Of a stretch of 64,000 nt of DNA, positions 34,527 through 44,320 are shown piece after piece. Under the pieces are notes generated by a model. The model saw only the letters and a list, made by a program, of their open reading frames with translations. It searched no databases and was not told the origin of the DNA. The stretch lies in NCBI GenBank assembly GCA_001805965.1, contig MHHG01000055.1:3680-67679 (forward strand). The letters run 5' to 3'. The DNA is from Omnitrophica WOR_2 bacterium RIFOXYA2_FULL_38_17. GTDB lineage: Bacteria; Omnitrophota; Gorgyraeia; Zapsychrales; Zapsychraceae. The number at the start of each line of letters is the position of its first letter. Position 1 is the first letter of the stretch. A program made the translations under genes and the position numbers.

Positions 34527-35057
34527 TTAATTTCCTCCCTTTTGTTCACTTAATTGTTTCAATACAGATAATAATTCTCTTGTTTTTGCATTTAATGCTT
34601 GGGCAAATCTTGTTATTGGCGATTGAATAGCTGATAAAAGCATAGCTAAAAGAACTTCTCTGGACGGAAGTTCAGATAACTTCTGAACATCAGCCTTGCT
34701 TAGAATCTTTCCTTCAAGAAGCCCACCAGCAACAGAAACGGAATCAATTCCCTTTGCGAACTCAACTAAAATCTTTGAAATCTCAACAGAATCAGAACTG
34801 CTCCAAACAAATGCTGTTTGCCCCTCTATCGCCTTTGAAAGCTGCTCCTTCTCTAATTCTTTTAAAGCAATCTGTGCAATACTATTCCTGGAAACATACA
34901 TATTAGCGCCTGCATTGCTAAGATTTTTTCTTAAATCACTAAGCTTCTCTCCAGAAAGCTGAGAGTAGTTCAAAAGAAAAACATTACCATTGCTGCTAAC
35001 ATTTTCTTTAATGTGTTTAACAAAATTTTCTCTAAATATTTGGCCAACTTTTTTCAT
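34527..35057 (-). CDS. rplJ: 50S ribosomal protein uL10
   Basis: Position between rplA and rplL; [11 protein letters not shown]. Confidence 0.93.
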   Translation of the reverse strand: MKKVGQIFRENFVKHIKENVSSNGNVFLLNYSQLSGEKLSDLRKNLSNAGANMYVSRNSIAQIALKELEKEQLSKAIEGQTAFVWSSSDSVEISKILVEFAKGIDSVSVAGGLLEGKILSKADVQKLSELPSREVLLAMLLSAIQSPITRFAQALNAKTRELLSVLKQLSEQKGGN

Positions 35058-35734
35058 AAATCTATCCTTAAACCAGGCCCCATGGTGGTTGACAAAGATG
35101 CTGTCTTTATAAGGTTACCTTTAACTGATGCCGGCTTAGCATGATTAATTGCATCAAGCAACTGATCAAAATTTTCCTTCAGCTTTTCCTTAGAAAAAGA
35201 TCTTTTCCCTAAACCCACATGAATACCTGCTTGTTTATCCGATTTAAATTCAATCTTACCCGCTTTAACTTCTCTAATTGCTTTATCAACATCAACCGTA
35301 ACAGTACCTGCCTTAGGAGAAGGCATGAGACCTCTTGGACCCAAGACTTTACCTAATTTACCTAAATCCCTCATCATATCCGGAGCAGCAACAACTACGT
35401 CAAAATCTAAAAATCCTTTTGAAACTTTATCAACTAAATCATCAGAACCAACAAAGTCAGCTCCAGCCTCTTTTGCTTTTAGCTCAAGTTCGCCTTTGCA
35501 AAAACATGCAACACGTATTGTCTTACCTAACCCATGTGGCAAGGCAACCGTTCCTCTTATTGACTGGTCTGAACTTTTAGAGCTGATGTTTAAAGAAAGA
35601 TGCAGCTCAACCGTTTCATCGAATTTTACTTTAGGAAATCCTGTAATACAATCTAAAGCTTCATCCACCGTGTACCTTTTTAATTTATCAGTTACTTTTG
35701 CAGCTTCCTTCATTCTTTTGCTTATTTTAACCAT
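35054..35734 (-). CDS. rplA: 50S ribosomal protein uL1
   Basis: KFDETVE, LPHG, LGPRGLMPSPK, STTMGPG. Start moved to ATG 35734. Confidence 0.97.
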   Translation of the reverse strand: MVKISKRMKEAAKVTDKLKRYTVDEALDCITGFPKVKFDETVELHLSLNISSKSSDQSIRGTVALPHGLGKTIRVACFCKGELELKAKEAGADFVGSDDLVDKVSKGFLDFDVVVAAPDMMRDLGKLGKVLGPRGLMPSPKAGTVTVDVDKAIREVKAGKIEFKSDKQAGIHVGLGKRSFSKEKLKENFDQLLDAINHAKPASVKGNLIKTASLSTTMGPGLRIDL

Positions 35735-35735
35735 T

Positions 35736-36161
35736 TTAATCCACCACCTCAACACCCATACTTCTTGCAGTGCCTTTAATGATCTTCAGGGCCTGTTCAA
35801 AGTTTCCGGTATTTAAATCTTCCATTTTTGTTTTTGCGATTTCATTTACTTGACTTTTTGTTATAGAGGCAATTTTTTCTTTTCCTGCTAAACCAGATGC
35901 TTTTGCTAAATTTGCAGCTTTTTTGATAAGAACAGAACTTGGAGGGGTTTTTAGAATAAAAGTGAACGACTTATCTTTATAAACGGTTATAACTGCTGGT
36001 AAGATAAGGCCCTCTCTGCCTTTAGTCTTTTCATTGAAAGCCTTACAAAAACCCATGATATTTACACCATGCTGCCCTAAAGCGGGACCAACAGGCGGCG
36101 CAGGGTTTGCTTGTCCAGCAGGTACATATAATTTTATTTGAGCTACAACTTCTTTTGCCAT
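35736..36161 (-). CDS. rplK: 50S ribosomal protein uL11
   Basis: [22 protein letters not shown]. Confidence 0.98.
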   Translation of the reverse strand: MAKEVVAQIKLYVPAGQANPAPPVGPALGQHGVNIMGFCKAFNEKTKGREGLILPAVITVYKDKSFTFILKTPPSSVLIKKAANLAKASGLAGKEKIASITKSQVNEIAKTKMEDLNTGNFEQALKIIKGTARSMGVEVVD

Positions 36162-36187
36162 ATCAGTTCCTTAATTTAATCTTAAAA

Positions 36188-36718
36188 TCACAATTTTTCA
36201 ACTTGCCAATATTCAAGTTCAACAAGCGTTGATCTCCCAAAAATAGAAACACTTACCTTTAATTTTCCCCTATCAGGGTATAGCTCCATAACTATTCCAT
36301 TAAAATTGGCAAAAGGCCCCTGTGCAATTCTAATAGATTCACCAACTTCAAAACTAGTTTTGGGCGTAGGTTTTGTTTCTGTATCTTCTGTTCTTCTTAA
36401 AATAGCATTAACTTCATCTATTGAAATAGGCGTTGGCTTTCTGCCAGGGCCAATAAAGCCTGTAATACCTGGGGTGCTCTTTACCAGGTACCAGCTTTCC
36501 TTATTCATTTCCATATTTATAATTATATATCCAGGAAAAAACTTTCTTGCTGTAATACGTTTCTTGCCACCTCTTATTTCAGAAACCTGTTCTGTGGGAA
36601 CAACTATTTCCTGAACATAATCTTTAAGAGCAGTAGTCGCCATTCTGTTTTCTAATCCAGCCTTGGCTTTTTCTTCTGATCCTGTCTGTGTATGTACAAC
36701 GTACCACTTTTTTTCCAT
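36188..36718 (-). CDS. nusG: Transcription factor NusG
   Basis: WYVVHT, FFPGY, TPGITGF, GPF KOW domain, IFGR. Confidence 0.98.
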   Translation of the reverse strand: MEKKWYVVHTQTGSEEKAKAGLENRMATTALKDYVQEIVVPTEQVSEIRGGKKRITARKFFPGYIIINMEMNKESWYLVKSTPGITGFIGPGRKPTPISIDEVNAILRRTEDTETKPTPKTSFEVGESIRIAQGPFANFNGIVMELYPDRGKLKVSVSIFGRSTLVELEYWQVEKL

Positions 36719-36725
36719 TATATTA

Positions 36726-36911
36726 TTACCTAATTATCAGTCCTAACAATTTTGAAAGAACAAAATCAACAACTGCTATGAATATCCCCAAAAACGAAGA
36801 ACTCAAAATTATTATCCAAGTAGCATCGATCAATTCTTTCCTGGTTGACCAAGAAACTTTTTTAAGCTCGACCACTACTTCTGATACAAATTTTTTTATT
36901 TTTACTAACAT
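36726..36911 (-). CDS. secE: SecE (single-TM type)
   Basis: ELKKVSW motif plus one hydrophobic helix; between tRNA-Trp and nusG. Confidence 0.93.
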   Translation of the reverse strand: MLVKIKKFVSEVVVELKKVSWSTRKELIDATWIIILSSSFLGIFIAVVDFVLSKLLGLIIR

Positions 36912-36922
36912 ATTTTCTAAAA

Positions 36923-36996
36923 CAGGCCTGGTAGGATTTGAACCTACAACCTTCGGTTTTGGAGACCGTCGCTCTGCCAGTTAGAGCTACAGGCCT
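36923..36996 (-). tRNA. tRNA-Trp (CCA)
   Basis: AGGCCTG acceptor stem, TAGCTC D arm, CT-CCA-AA anticodon loop, GTAGG-TTCAAAT-CCTAC T arm; 3' CCA not encoded. Confidence 0.96.
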
Positions 36997-37011
36997 ATTT
37001 ATCCACAAAAC

Positions 37012-37164
37012 CTATTTTTTCATTTCTTTATGAACAGTATGCTTTCGATCGAATCGACAATATTTTTTCAACTCGATTTTGTCAGGATGTTTCTTCTTAT
37101 CCTTAGTACTGCTATAGTTGATCCGGTTGCATTCTTCGCATTGGAATCTAATAGGTTCTCTCAT
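37012..37164 (-). CDS. rpmG: 50S ribosomal protein bL33
   Basis: MREPIRFQCEEC..NY..K.KK..IELKKYC..HTVHKE. Start moved to ATG 37164 (50 aa). Confidence 0.96.
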   Translation of the reverse strand: MREPIRFQCEECNRINYSSTKDKKKHPDKIELKKYCRFDRKHTVHKEMKK

Positions 37165-37237
37165 AATTAACTCTCTATAATAAAAATAATTCAAATAATA
37201 ATTGGATTTTTCCGTCTAGCTCAATTGACATTCTCAA

Positions 37238-37310
<73 letters not shown>

Positions 37311-37329
37311 AATAGATAAAGAGATTTCA

Positions 37330-37357
37330 AGTATACCGAATATTTTCAGGTTGTCAA
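37330..37357 (-). promoter_or_regulatory. Sigma70-type promoter at the head of the tRNA-Thr/ribosomal superoperon
   Basis: TTGACA-N16-TATACT, 19 nt upstream of tRNA-Thr. Confidence 0.75.
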
Positions 37358-37425
37358 GTATTTTATTAATTTATTTTAGATTCTAATTGGCTTGAATTAT
37401 TGAAGTTACAAACATGAAAAATAAA

Positions 37426-38598
37426 TTAAACTATTTTTAAAAAACGCTTTTTCCCCACCCTTATTAATCCCTCTTTTAGCACCCACTCCTCAGTAATAAT
37501 CTTTTTTCCATCACAACTAATTGCACCTTGCTTAATAAGGCGCCTGTATTCGTTTTTTGATTCAACAAGACCAGTTTCCAGCAAAACATCAACCAATTCC
37601 TGGCTTCCTGATTCATTCATTGAATACTCAGCAATATTTTCGGGGGTTTTGCCTAGGCTAAAAGTGTTTTCAAAGTCATTTTTAGCTCTTTGCGCCTCAT
37701 TTGCATCATAAAATTGGCCTACAATCTCTAGGCCTAATTTCATCTTGGCCTCTTTTGGATGAATACTTTTAAGCTCATCAAGATCAAGATCAGTTAATAT
37801 CTCAAAATATCTAAACATCAATTCGTCACTAATAGACATTATTTTACCAAAAATCTCTTTAGGCGGCTCAGTAACCCCAATATAATTACTTAAAGATTTA
37901 CTCATCTTTTTAACGCCATCCAATCCTTCTAGCAAGGGCGTCATAATAATTACCTGTGGCACCTGACCCTTTATTTCCTGTAATTGCCTTCCCATAAGTA
38001 AATTAAACTTCTGATCATTACCGCCTAATTCTATATCAGCATTTAAATAAACTGAATCATAACCCTGGAGCAACGGATAAAGGAATTCCATTATGCTTAT
38101 TTCAGAACCAGATTCATATCTCTTTTTAAAATCAGAACGCGCCAACATTTGAGCCACTGTTGAATAAGCTGTCAATTCAAGCATTTCTTGAGCTGTTAAC
38201 TTGCTTAACCAATCGTAATTGTAAACAATTTCAATTTTTTTGGGATCATCATCTAAAATTTTTAAAGCTTGTTTTGCATAAGTTTTTGCATTTTCTCGAA
38301 TAACTGACAACTCAACTGCTGGGCGCAATTCATTTCTTCCCGTAGGATCACCAACTAAAGCTGTGAAATCCCCAATAAGGAACAAAACCTTATGACCAAG
38401 ATCTTGAAATTGCCTTAATTTTCTAAGAAGAACAACATGTCCCAAGTGTATATCGGGTGCGGTAGGGTCAAATCCTGCTTTGACACGGAGTGGTTTTTTA
38501 TTTTTTTGACTATCTTGAAGTTTTTTCTCTAAGCTCTTTATATCAATAATTTCTGCTGATCCTCGAGAAAGCTTCTTGATTTGATCCTTTATTTCCAT
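37426..38598 (-). CDS. tyrS: Tyrosine--tRNA ligase
   Basis: GFDPTAPDIHLGH (HIGH), YPLLQGYD, GGNDQ.FN, KMSKS, S4-like tail. Start uncertain (38598 or 38613). Confidence 0.96.
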   Translation of the reverse strand: MEIKDQIKKLSRGSAEIIDIKSLEKKLQDSQKNKKPLRVKAGFDPTAPDIHLGHVVLLRKLRQFQDLGHKVLFLIGDFTALVGDPTGRNELRPAVELSVIRENAKTYAKQALKILDDDPKKIEIVYNYDWLSKLTAQEMLELTAYSTVAQMLARSDFKKRYESGSEISIMEFLYPLLQGYDSVYLNADIELGGNDQKFNLLMGRQLQEIKGQVPQVIIMTPLLEGLDGVKKMSKSLSNYIGVTEPPKEIFGKIMSISDELMFRYFEILTDLDLDELKSIHPKEAKMKLGLEIVGQFYDANEAQRAKNDFENTFSLGKTPENIAEYSMNESGSQELVDVLLETGLVESKNEYRRLIKQGAISCDGKKIITEEWVLKEGLIRVGKKRFLKIV

Positions 38599-38608
38599 GA
38601 TATGAATA

Positions 38609-38636
38609 GGCACCTTCCTTATATAAGGAAGGTGCC
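38609..38636. repeat. Perfect 28-bp palindrome between rpsA and tyrS
   Basis: GGCACCTTCCTTAT|ATAAGGAAGGTGCC. Confidence 0.9.
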
Positions 38637-38679
38637 ATCAATTTATTTCCAAAGATTATACGTAAAGCAAATGCTGATG

Positions 38680-40227
38680 TTATAGCTTAGCGCTAACACC
38701 AATTTTCATCTGATCTACATCTACCTTAATGATCTTTACAATTAGCTTATCGCCTGGCTTTAAAGCGTCTGCTTTTTCCTTCTCTATCTCAGACGAATAA
38801 ACCAAAGCTTCAACATCATTTTCCAGCTTGACAAAAACACCAAAATTAGAATTCAAGACAACTTCTGCCTCTACTTCCAATCCCACAGTATACTTTTCAG
38901 AAATACTTTCCCAAGGATTACTAGTAAGCTGTTTTAAACCTAAATTGATTTTTCTGTTTTCTGAGTCAACGGCAAGCACAACAACTTCAACTTCATGGCC
39001 TTTTTCAAAAACATCCTGAGGATGATTGATCTTCTTTGTCCATGACATGTCAGAAATATGTATCATTCCTTCAAGCCCTGAATCAAGTTCGATAAAAGCA
39101 CCATAATCAGTAAAGCCCCTGATTTTACCCTTAACTTTTGAGCCAACAGCATATTTTGCCTCAGCCTCTAGCCAAGGATTGTTCTCAAGCTGCTTCATAC
39201 TTAATGATATTCTCTTTGAATCTTTATCAACATTAATAACTTGAACTTCAATTTCATCGCCAACCTTAAACATTTCTTGAGGATTAACTAATTTTTTCTG
39301 CCAAGTGATTTCTGATGAATGCAATAAACCTTCAATACCTTTTTCTATTTCGACAAAAACACCATAAGGCATTACATTGACGATCTTTCCCTTAGCTTTT
39401 TGACCTGTAGGATATTTCTCGTAAATATCTGCCCATGGATTTTCAACAATTTGCTTTAAGCCCAAAGAAACCTTTGAATTATCTTTATCAAAATCCAAAA
39501 TAAGGACTTCAACTTTATCTCCAATAGATACGATCTCAGATGGATGATTAATTCTAGTCCAGCTCATATCAGTGATATGCAATAGACCATCCACACCGCC
39601 TAAGTCAACGAATGCTCCAAAGTCTGTGATACCTTTAACAACACCCATTCTCTTTTGGCCTTTTCCAAGCTCTCCCCACAATTGGTCTCTAACAACTTCT
39701 TTCTCTTTCTGAACTACTTCACGACGTGAAAGAATTAGATTACGTCTTGGCTTATTCAATTTCGCAACCTGGAACTTATATCTACTTGCCATTATTTCAT
39801 CTGAAGAAACTCCTCTAAAAGCAGATAAAGACATTGGTAGAAATGCTTCAATGCCTTCAGTATCCACAATAAAGCCGCCTCTGACCTGCTTGACAATCCT
39901 TCCCTCTACAGAATCACCTTCATTGATTGAATCACCTAACTTCATCCAACCTTTAAGCTTTTCTGCTTTTTGACGGGAAAGAACCAATCGGCCCTCGTCA
40001 TCTTCAATTGATTCTATCAAAATATCTAAAACTGTACCGATCTTAAGATTTTCCATATTGCGGAATTCTTCGATCGGAACAAAGCCTTCTGACTTAAAAC
40101 CAATATCAACAACAGCTTCTTTGTCATTAAAAGCAACAATCGTCCCTAAGACAATCTCTCCTTCCTTAATATCTCGAAATGTTTCACTATACATTTCGGC
40201 CATCAATGATTTCTTTTCTTCACTCAT
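38680..40227 (-). CDS. rpsA: 30S ribosomal protein bS1
   Basis: Repeated S1 domains (FGAFVDLGGVDGLLHI.D.SW, SLGLKQ...PW). Start set at ATG 40227 after GAGGT; alternative in-frame ATG at 40266. Confidence 0.95.
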   Translation of the reverse strand: MSEEKKSLMAEMYSETFRDIKEGEIVLGTIVAFNDKEAVVDIGFKSEGFVPIEEFRNMENLKIGTVLDILIESIEDDEGRLVLSRQKAEKLKGWMKLGDSINEGDSVEGRIVKQVRGGFIVDTEGIEAFLPMSLSAFRGVSSDEIMASRYKFQVAKLNKPRRNLILSRREVVQKEKEVVRDQLWGELGKGQKRMGVVKGITDFGAFVDLGGVDGLLHITDMSWTRINHPSEIVSIGDKVEVLILDFDKDNSKVSLGLKQIVENPWADIYEKYPTGQKAKGKIVNVMPYGVFVEIEKGIEGLLHSSEITWQKKLVNPQEMFKVGDEIEVQVINVDKDSKRISLSMKQLENNPWLEAEAKYAVGSKVKGKIRGFTDYGAFIELDSGLEGMIHISDMSWTKKINHPQDVFEKGHEVEVVVLAVDSENRKINLGLKQLTSNPWESISEKYTVGLEVEAEVVLNSNFGVFVKLENDVEALVYSSEIEKEKADALKPGDKLIVKIIKVDVDQMKIGVSAKL

Positions 40228-40308
40228 GTAAATGATACCTCTTTCTTTTTTATTTTCTTCAGACATAAAATAGCCCAAAAAACAGCTATCCCAAAATCTG
40301 AGGACACC

Positions 40309-40336
40309 ATTATCTCAAAATATGTCAATTTGTCAA
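40309..40336 (-). promoter_or_regulatory. Putative sigma70 promoter for rpsA
   Basis: TTGACA-N16-GATAAT with TG extension; a second TTGACA lies 8 nt downstream of the first. Confidence 0.55.
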
Positions 40337-40373
40337 ATAAAATTATTCAGAAAAACAGATATTTTAAAGAAAA

Positions 40374-40964
40374 TTACTCTTTGGCAAGACTTTCCACTTT
40401 TTCCATTATTTTTTCTGCAATCTTCAAATAAGGGAGGTCGCTCTTTAAAAAACTGATGGGCTCTCCAAACCTAACTACTGCGGGATACCTTTTCACTGTC
40501 CTTGAACCAGGAGGAAAAACCTTGTCTGTTCCACTAACATATACTGGAATGACCGGTAATCCAGTTTTGAATGCAATAAAACCAATCCCAGCCTGAACCT
40601 CGCTCTCCGCTCCTTCACGAACCCTAGTACCTTCCGGGAACATTAAAACCGGCAAATTACTTTGCAGCCTTCGAATAATCTCTTTTATTGCCCTGATATC
40701 AGAAGTTTCTCTTTTAATAGGAAAAGCTTCTAATTTCTTAAGATACCAACCAAAAATTTTATTTTTAAACAGTGAATCTTTTGCAAGAAAACTAATCCTG
40801 CGCGCGCAGCATATAGGTATAATAATGGGGTCTAAATGGCTTCTATGGTTACTGGCAAGAATAAAAGCACCTTTTGAAGGAATATTCTTTTGGCCATAAA
40901 CCTTTAGCGGGAAAAAAAAGATTCTAATAAGCCTAACAAAAACCCATGTTATCCAATAAATCAT
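40374..40964 (-). CDS. plsC: 1-acyl-sn-glycerol-3-phosphate acyltransferase
   Basis: NHRSHLD, FLAK, FPEGTR, PVIPV. Confidence 0.93.
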   Translation of the reverse strand: MIYWITWVFVRLIRIFFFPLKVYGQKNIPSKGAFILASNHRSHLDPIIIPICCARRISFLAKDSLFKNKIFGWYLKKLEAFPIKRETSDIRAIKEIIRRLQSNLPVLMFPEGTRVREGAESEVQAGIGFIAFKTGLPVIPVYVSGTDKVFPPGSRTVKRYPAVVRFGEPISFLKSDLPYLKIAEKIMEKVESLAKE

Positions 40965-40974
40965 TTTACAAATT

Positions 40975-42402
40975 CTATGATCTTTTTAGGAGTTTTTCGC
41001 CAATCTTAATTAACTCCTTGGCTTTTTTCAATGACTTCGCTTCAGAATAAGCCCTTACAAGAGGCTCCGTCCCTGACGGTCTTAACATAAGCCAGCTACC
41101 ATCGTCACATATAAGTTTTATTCCGTCATAATCTTTGACTTCAACAACCTTTCTGCCTAAAAGCGTTTTCAGGGACTTGATATCCTTTTCATTATACGCT
41201 TTTAAGTCAACCTCAACATCAGAGCGCTCATAATAATATCGTCCAAACTCTTTTTCCATGTCTTGCAAAATTTGTTTGATATTCTTCTTCTCTATAACCA
41301 TCATTTCCAGCAACAGTAAACCTGCCAACGTGCCATCTCTTTCCGGAATATAATCCTGAACACCAATTCCGCCTGCTTCCTCCCCGCCACAAACAATCTC
41401 TTCATTAATCATAAGATCAGAAACATACTTAAACCCTACAGGTGTCTCATATAATTTTAAACCTAATTTTTTAGCAATATTGTCAATCATCATTGAACCA
41501 CAAGTAGTTTTAACAACCCCACCCTTTCGGCCACAATTTCTAACCAGATGCAATATCAAAAGGCCTAATATCTTTTGAGGGCTGATAAACTCTCCTCCTG
41601 GCGCAACGGCTGCTATTCTATCCGCATCACCATCTAGAACCAAACCCAGATCAAACTTTTCATCTTTAACTCTTTTTAATATTTCAGTCAAGTACTCTAC
41701 TACAGGCTCTGGTTTCGTCCCTGCAAAAGAGGGATTAACCTCAGAGCGCATAAGCGACAGGTCTATTTTTCCACCTTTTAATACTTCTTCAAGTATTCTT
41801 CCTCCACTACCATGCATAACATCCTGAATCACTTTAAATTTAGCATTTTTAATCTTTTTAAGATCAATGTAACTTTTCATGAACTTAAGATAATCAGTTT
41901 TAAAATCAAAGATCTCGATCTTCTTTTCTTTAATAGCCTGATCCAAATCAATATCCTGAACTTTTGTCTTTCCTAAAAATTCTTCAACTTTATCAGTAAC
42001 TTCTTTTGGAGCACCTCCACCAAGGCTTGTTTTTATCTTGATCCCGTTAAATTTTGCAGGATTGTGGCTTGCTGTGATCATTATACCGGCAACACCTTTT
42101 ACTTGAACCACTCCATAACTTAGTGCCGGAGTTGGAATCGCTTTATCAGAAAGGTATACTTTGATATTATTTTTAGCTAAAACACAGCTTACGATCTGAG
42201 CATACTCTTTTGATAAAAATCTAGTATCATATCCGATTGCAACATGGTTCCTTTTCCCTTTGGAAGCCTTAAAATCTTTTATTATCCATTCGCTTATTGC
42301 CTGTCCAACGATAGCAACATTCTTGAATGTAAAATTATCAGATATAACCCCTCTCCAACCATCAGTACCAAATTTAATTTCACTTCTCAATTCTTTTATC
42401 AT
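40975..42402 (-). CDS. Phosphoglucomutase/phosphomannomutase
   Basis: FGTDGWRG, TASHNP, DGDADR, GEEAGG, RPSGTEP. Confidence 0.93.
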   Translation of the reverse strand: MIKELRSEIKFGTDGWRGVISDNFTFKNVAIVGQAISEWIIKDFKASKGKRNHVAIGYDTRFLSKEYAQIVSCVLAKNNIKVYLSDKAIPTPALSYGVVQVKGVAGIMITASHNPAKFNGIKIKTSLGGGAPKEVTDKVEEFLGKTKVQDIDLDQAIKEKKIEIFDFKTDYLKFMKSYIDLKKIKNAKFKVIQDVMHGSGGRILEEVLKGGKIDLSLMRSEVNPSFAGTKPEPVVEYLTEILKRVKDEKFDLGLVLDGDADRIAAVAPGGEFISPQKILGLLILHLVRNCGRKGGVVKTTCGSMMIDNIAKKLGLKLYETPVGFKYVSDLMINEEIVCGGEEAGGIGVQDYIPERDGTLAGLLLLEMMVIEKKNIKQILQDMEKEFGRYYYERSDVEVDLKAYNEKDIKSLKTLLGRKVVEVKDYDGIKLICDDGSWLMLRPSGTEPLVRAYSEAKSLKKAKELIKIGEKLLKRS

Positions 42403-42432
42403 AGCCGCTCCTCAAAAAGTTTATTTAAATAG

Positions 42433-43005
42433 TTAAACGTATAGTTTTTTTCTCTTAATATATTCGAGAACCTTTTCCGGCAAGAAATATTTAACAGTTT
42501 TGCCAAGCCTTAAACATCTTCTGACCGATGATGATGATATGTCTAATCCTGGCATCTCAATAGTCCTAACCTTTATCTTTGAATCTTCCACATTAATGCC
42601 TGGACGATTAACAACAACAAAATCAGCAAGTTTTACTATATTGTCAATATGCTTCCAAGTATCCAGCTTGGCAAAGGAATCTTCTCCTATAATAAAGTAC
42701 AATTTTGCTTTCCCAAGATACAAATTATAAAAATGCTCAACTGTATCTATGCTATATGACCTTCCTTCTCTGTTAATTTCAAAATCAGAAATATCAAAAT
42801 ACGGATTACCTTCAATCGCCATTTGCACCATATGATATCTCTGAGCTGAAGGAAGAACATTCTTGCTACTTTTATGCGGTGGAAGATTTGACGGAACAAA
42901 AAAGACCTTGTCTAAACCCAAATTCTCCCTTGCTCTCTGAGCAATTGCCAGATGACCTATGTGTACAGGATTAAATGTGCCTCCAAGAATTCCAATTCGC
43001 TTCAT
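42433..43005 (-). CDS. nadD: Nicotinate-nucleotide adenylyltransferase
   Basis: GGTFNPVHIGH, PPHK, SYSIDT, ISSS. Confidence 0.96.
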   Translation of the reverse strand: MKRIGILGGTFNPVHIGHLAIAQRARENLGLDKVFFVPSNLPPHKSSKNVLPSAQRYHMVQMAIEGNPYFDISDFEINREGRSYSIDTVEHFYNLYLGKAKLYFIIGEDSFAKLDTWKHIDNIVKLADFVVVNRPGINVEDSKIKVRTIEMPGLDISSSSVRRCLRLGKTVKYFLPEKVLEYIKRKKLYV

Positions 43006-43033
43006 CAGCTTCTCTCATTCTCCGGTAAATAAC

Positions 43034-44299
43034 TTATTGCCTTATCTGGCCTTGACCATAAACCATATACTTGTAAGTAGTGAGCTCTTCAAGGGCCATT
43101 GGGCCTCTTGCATGCAATTTATCTGTACTAATTCCTATTTCCGCGCCAAACCCGAATTCATATCCATCAGTAAATCTTGTTGAAGCATTAACATATAAAC
43201 ATGCTGAGTCTACTGATCTTAAAAAGATATCCGCTTCTTTTTTGTCGTTTGTAATTATCGCATCTGAATGCTGGGAGCCATATTTATTAACATGTTCTAT
43301 AGCATGCTTAACATCATCAACAACTTTTACGGACAATATCAGATCCAGATACTCTTCCTTCCAATCTTGTTCCGTAGCTAATTTTGCACTTTTAATTATC
43401 TCTTTTGTTTTCTTGCATCCCCTGATCTCAACTCCCGCCTCTAGCAATTCAGACACTATCTCCGGCAAATATTTCTTCGCAATTCCCTTATGAACAAGCA
43501 TTGTTTCCATAGCATTGCAAACGCCTGGCCTTTGAACCTTTGCATTAAAACATATTGCCCTCGCCATTTCAAGGTCAGCTTTATTGCTAACATATGTATG
43601 GCACACTCCCTTATAATGTTTTATTACAGGAATAGTTGAATTCTCTGCAACAAATCTGATGAGGCTTTCACCCCCGCGTGGAACAATAAGGTCAACATGG
43701 TCATTAAGACCGAGCAGAACATTAACGGCTGCCCTGTCAGCTGAGTCAACCAATTGAATTGCATCTGCTGGAATCTTTGTTTTCTTTAAAGCATTTTTCA
43801 TAACCGAAAAAATAGCCTTGTTTGAATAAAAAGCCTCTTTTCCACCTTTAAGTATTACAGCATTTCCTGACTTTAAGCACAGCCCGATACAATCGCTAGC
43901 AACATTAGGTCGCGATTCGTAAATAATACCAATAACACCTATCGGTGTTCTTACTTTTTTAATATTTAGTCCGTTAGGCCTTTTGAACGAAGCGATAACA
44001 TCCCCGACCGGATCTTTGAGTTTTGCAATATCCAATAAGCACTTGACCATGCCCTGAACCCTTTTATCATCAAGCAACAGCCTGTCGATCAATGCTTTTG
44101 AATAACCCTGCTTTTCTGCAAAAACAATATCCTTATTATTCTCTTTTTTCAAATATTCAGTATTATCCTTAATTGCTTTAGCCAAGGACCTTATAGCAAT
44201 GTTCTTAACAGATGTCGATACAAGTGAAAGCTCAAGCGAAGCACTCTTGGCTTTTTTAGCCATTGCTAATACATCTTTTCTCGCATTACTATTTTTCAT
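43034..44299 (-). CDS. proA: Gamma-glutamyl phosphate reductase
   Basis: IYESRPNV, VCNAME, NASTRFTDG, KLHARGPM. Confidence 0.97.
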   Translation of the reverse strand: MKNSNARKDVLAMAKKAKSASLELSLVSTSVKNIAIRSLAKAIKDNTEYLKKENNKDIVFAEKQGYSKALIDRLLLDDKRVQGMVKCLLDIAKLKDPVGDVIASFKRPNGLNIKKVRTPIGVIGIIYESRPNVASDCIGLCLKSGNAVILKGGKEAFYSNKAIFSVMKNALKKTKIPADAIQLVDSADRAAVNVLLGLNDHVDLIVPRGGESLIRFVAENSTIPVIKHYKGVCHTYVSNKADLEMARAICFNAKVQRPGVCNAMETMLVHKGIAKKYLPEIVSELLEAGVEIRGCKKTKEIIKSAKLATEQDWKEEYLDLILSVKVVDDVKHAIEHVNKYGSQHSDAIITNDKKEADIFLRSVDSACLYVNASTRFTDGYEFGFGAEIGISTDKLHARGPMALEELTTYKYMVYGQGQIRQ

Positions 44300-44320
44300 A
44301 AAATCACCTGAGGATGGTTC

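Noticed and set aside
37211-37237. TAGCTCAATTG here and TAGCTCAGTT at 53212 as extra plus-strand tRNAs
   Set aside because: D-arm-like words only; no complete cloverleaf can be built
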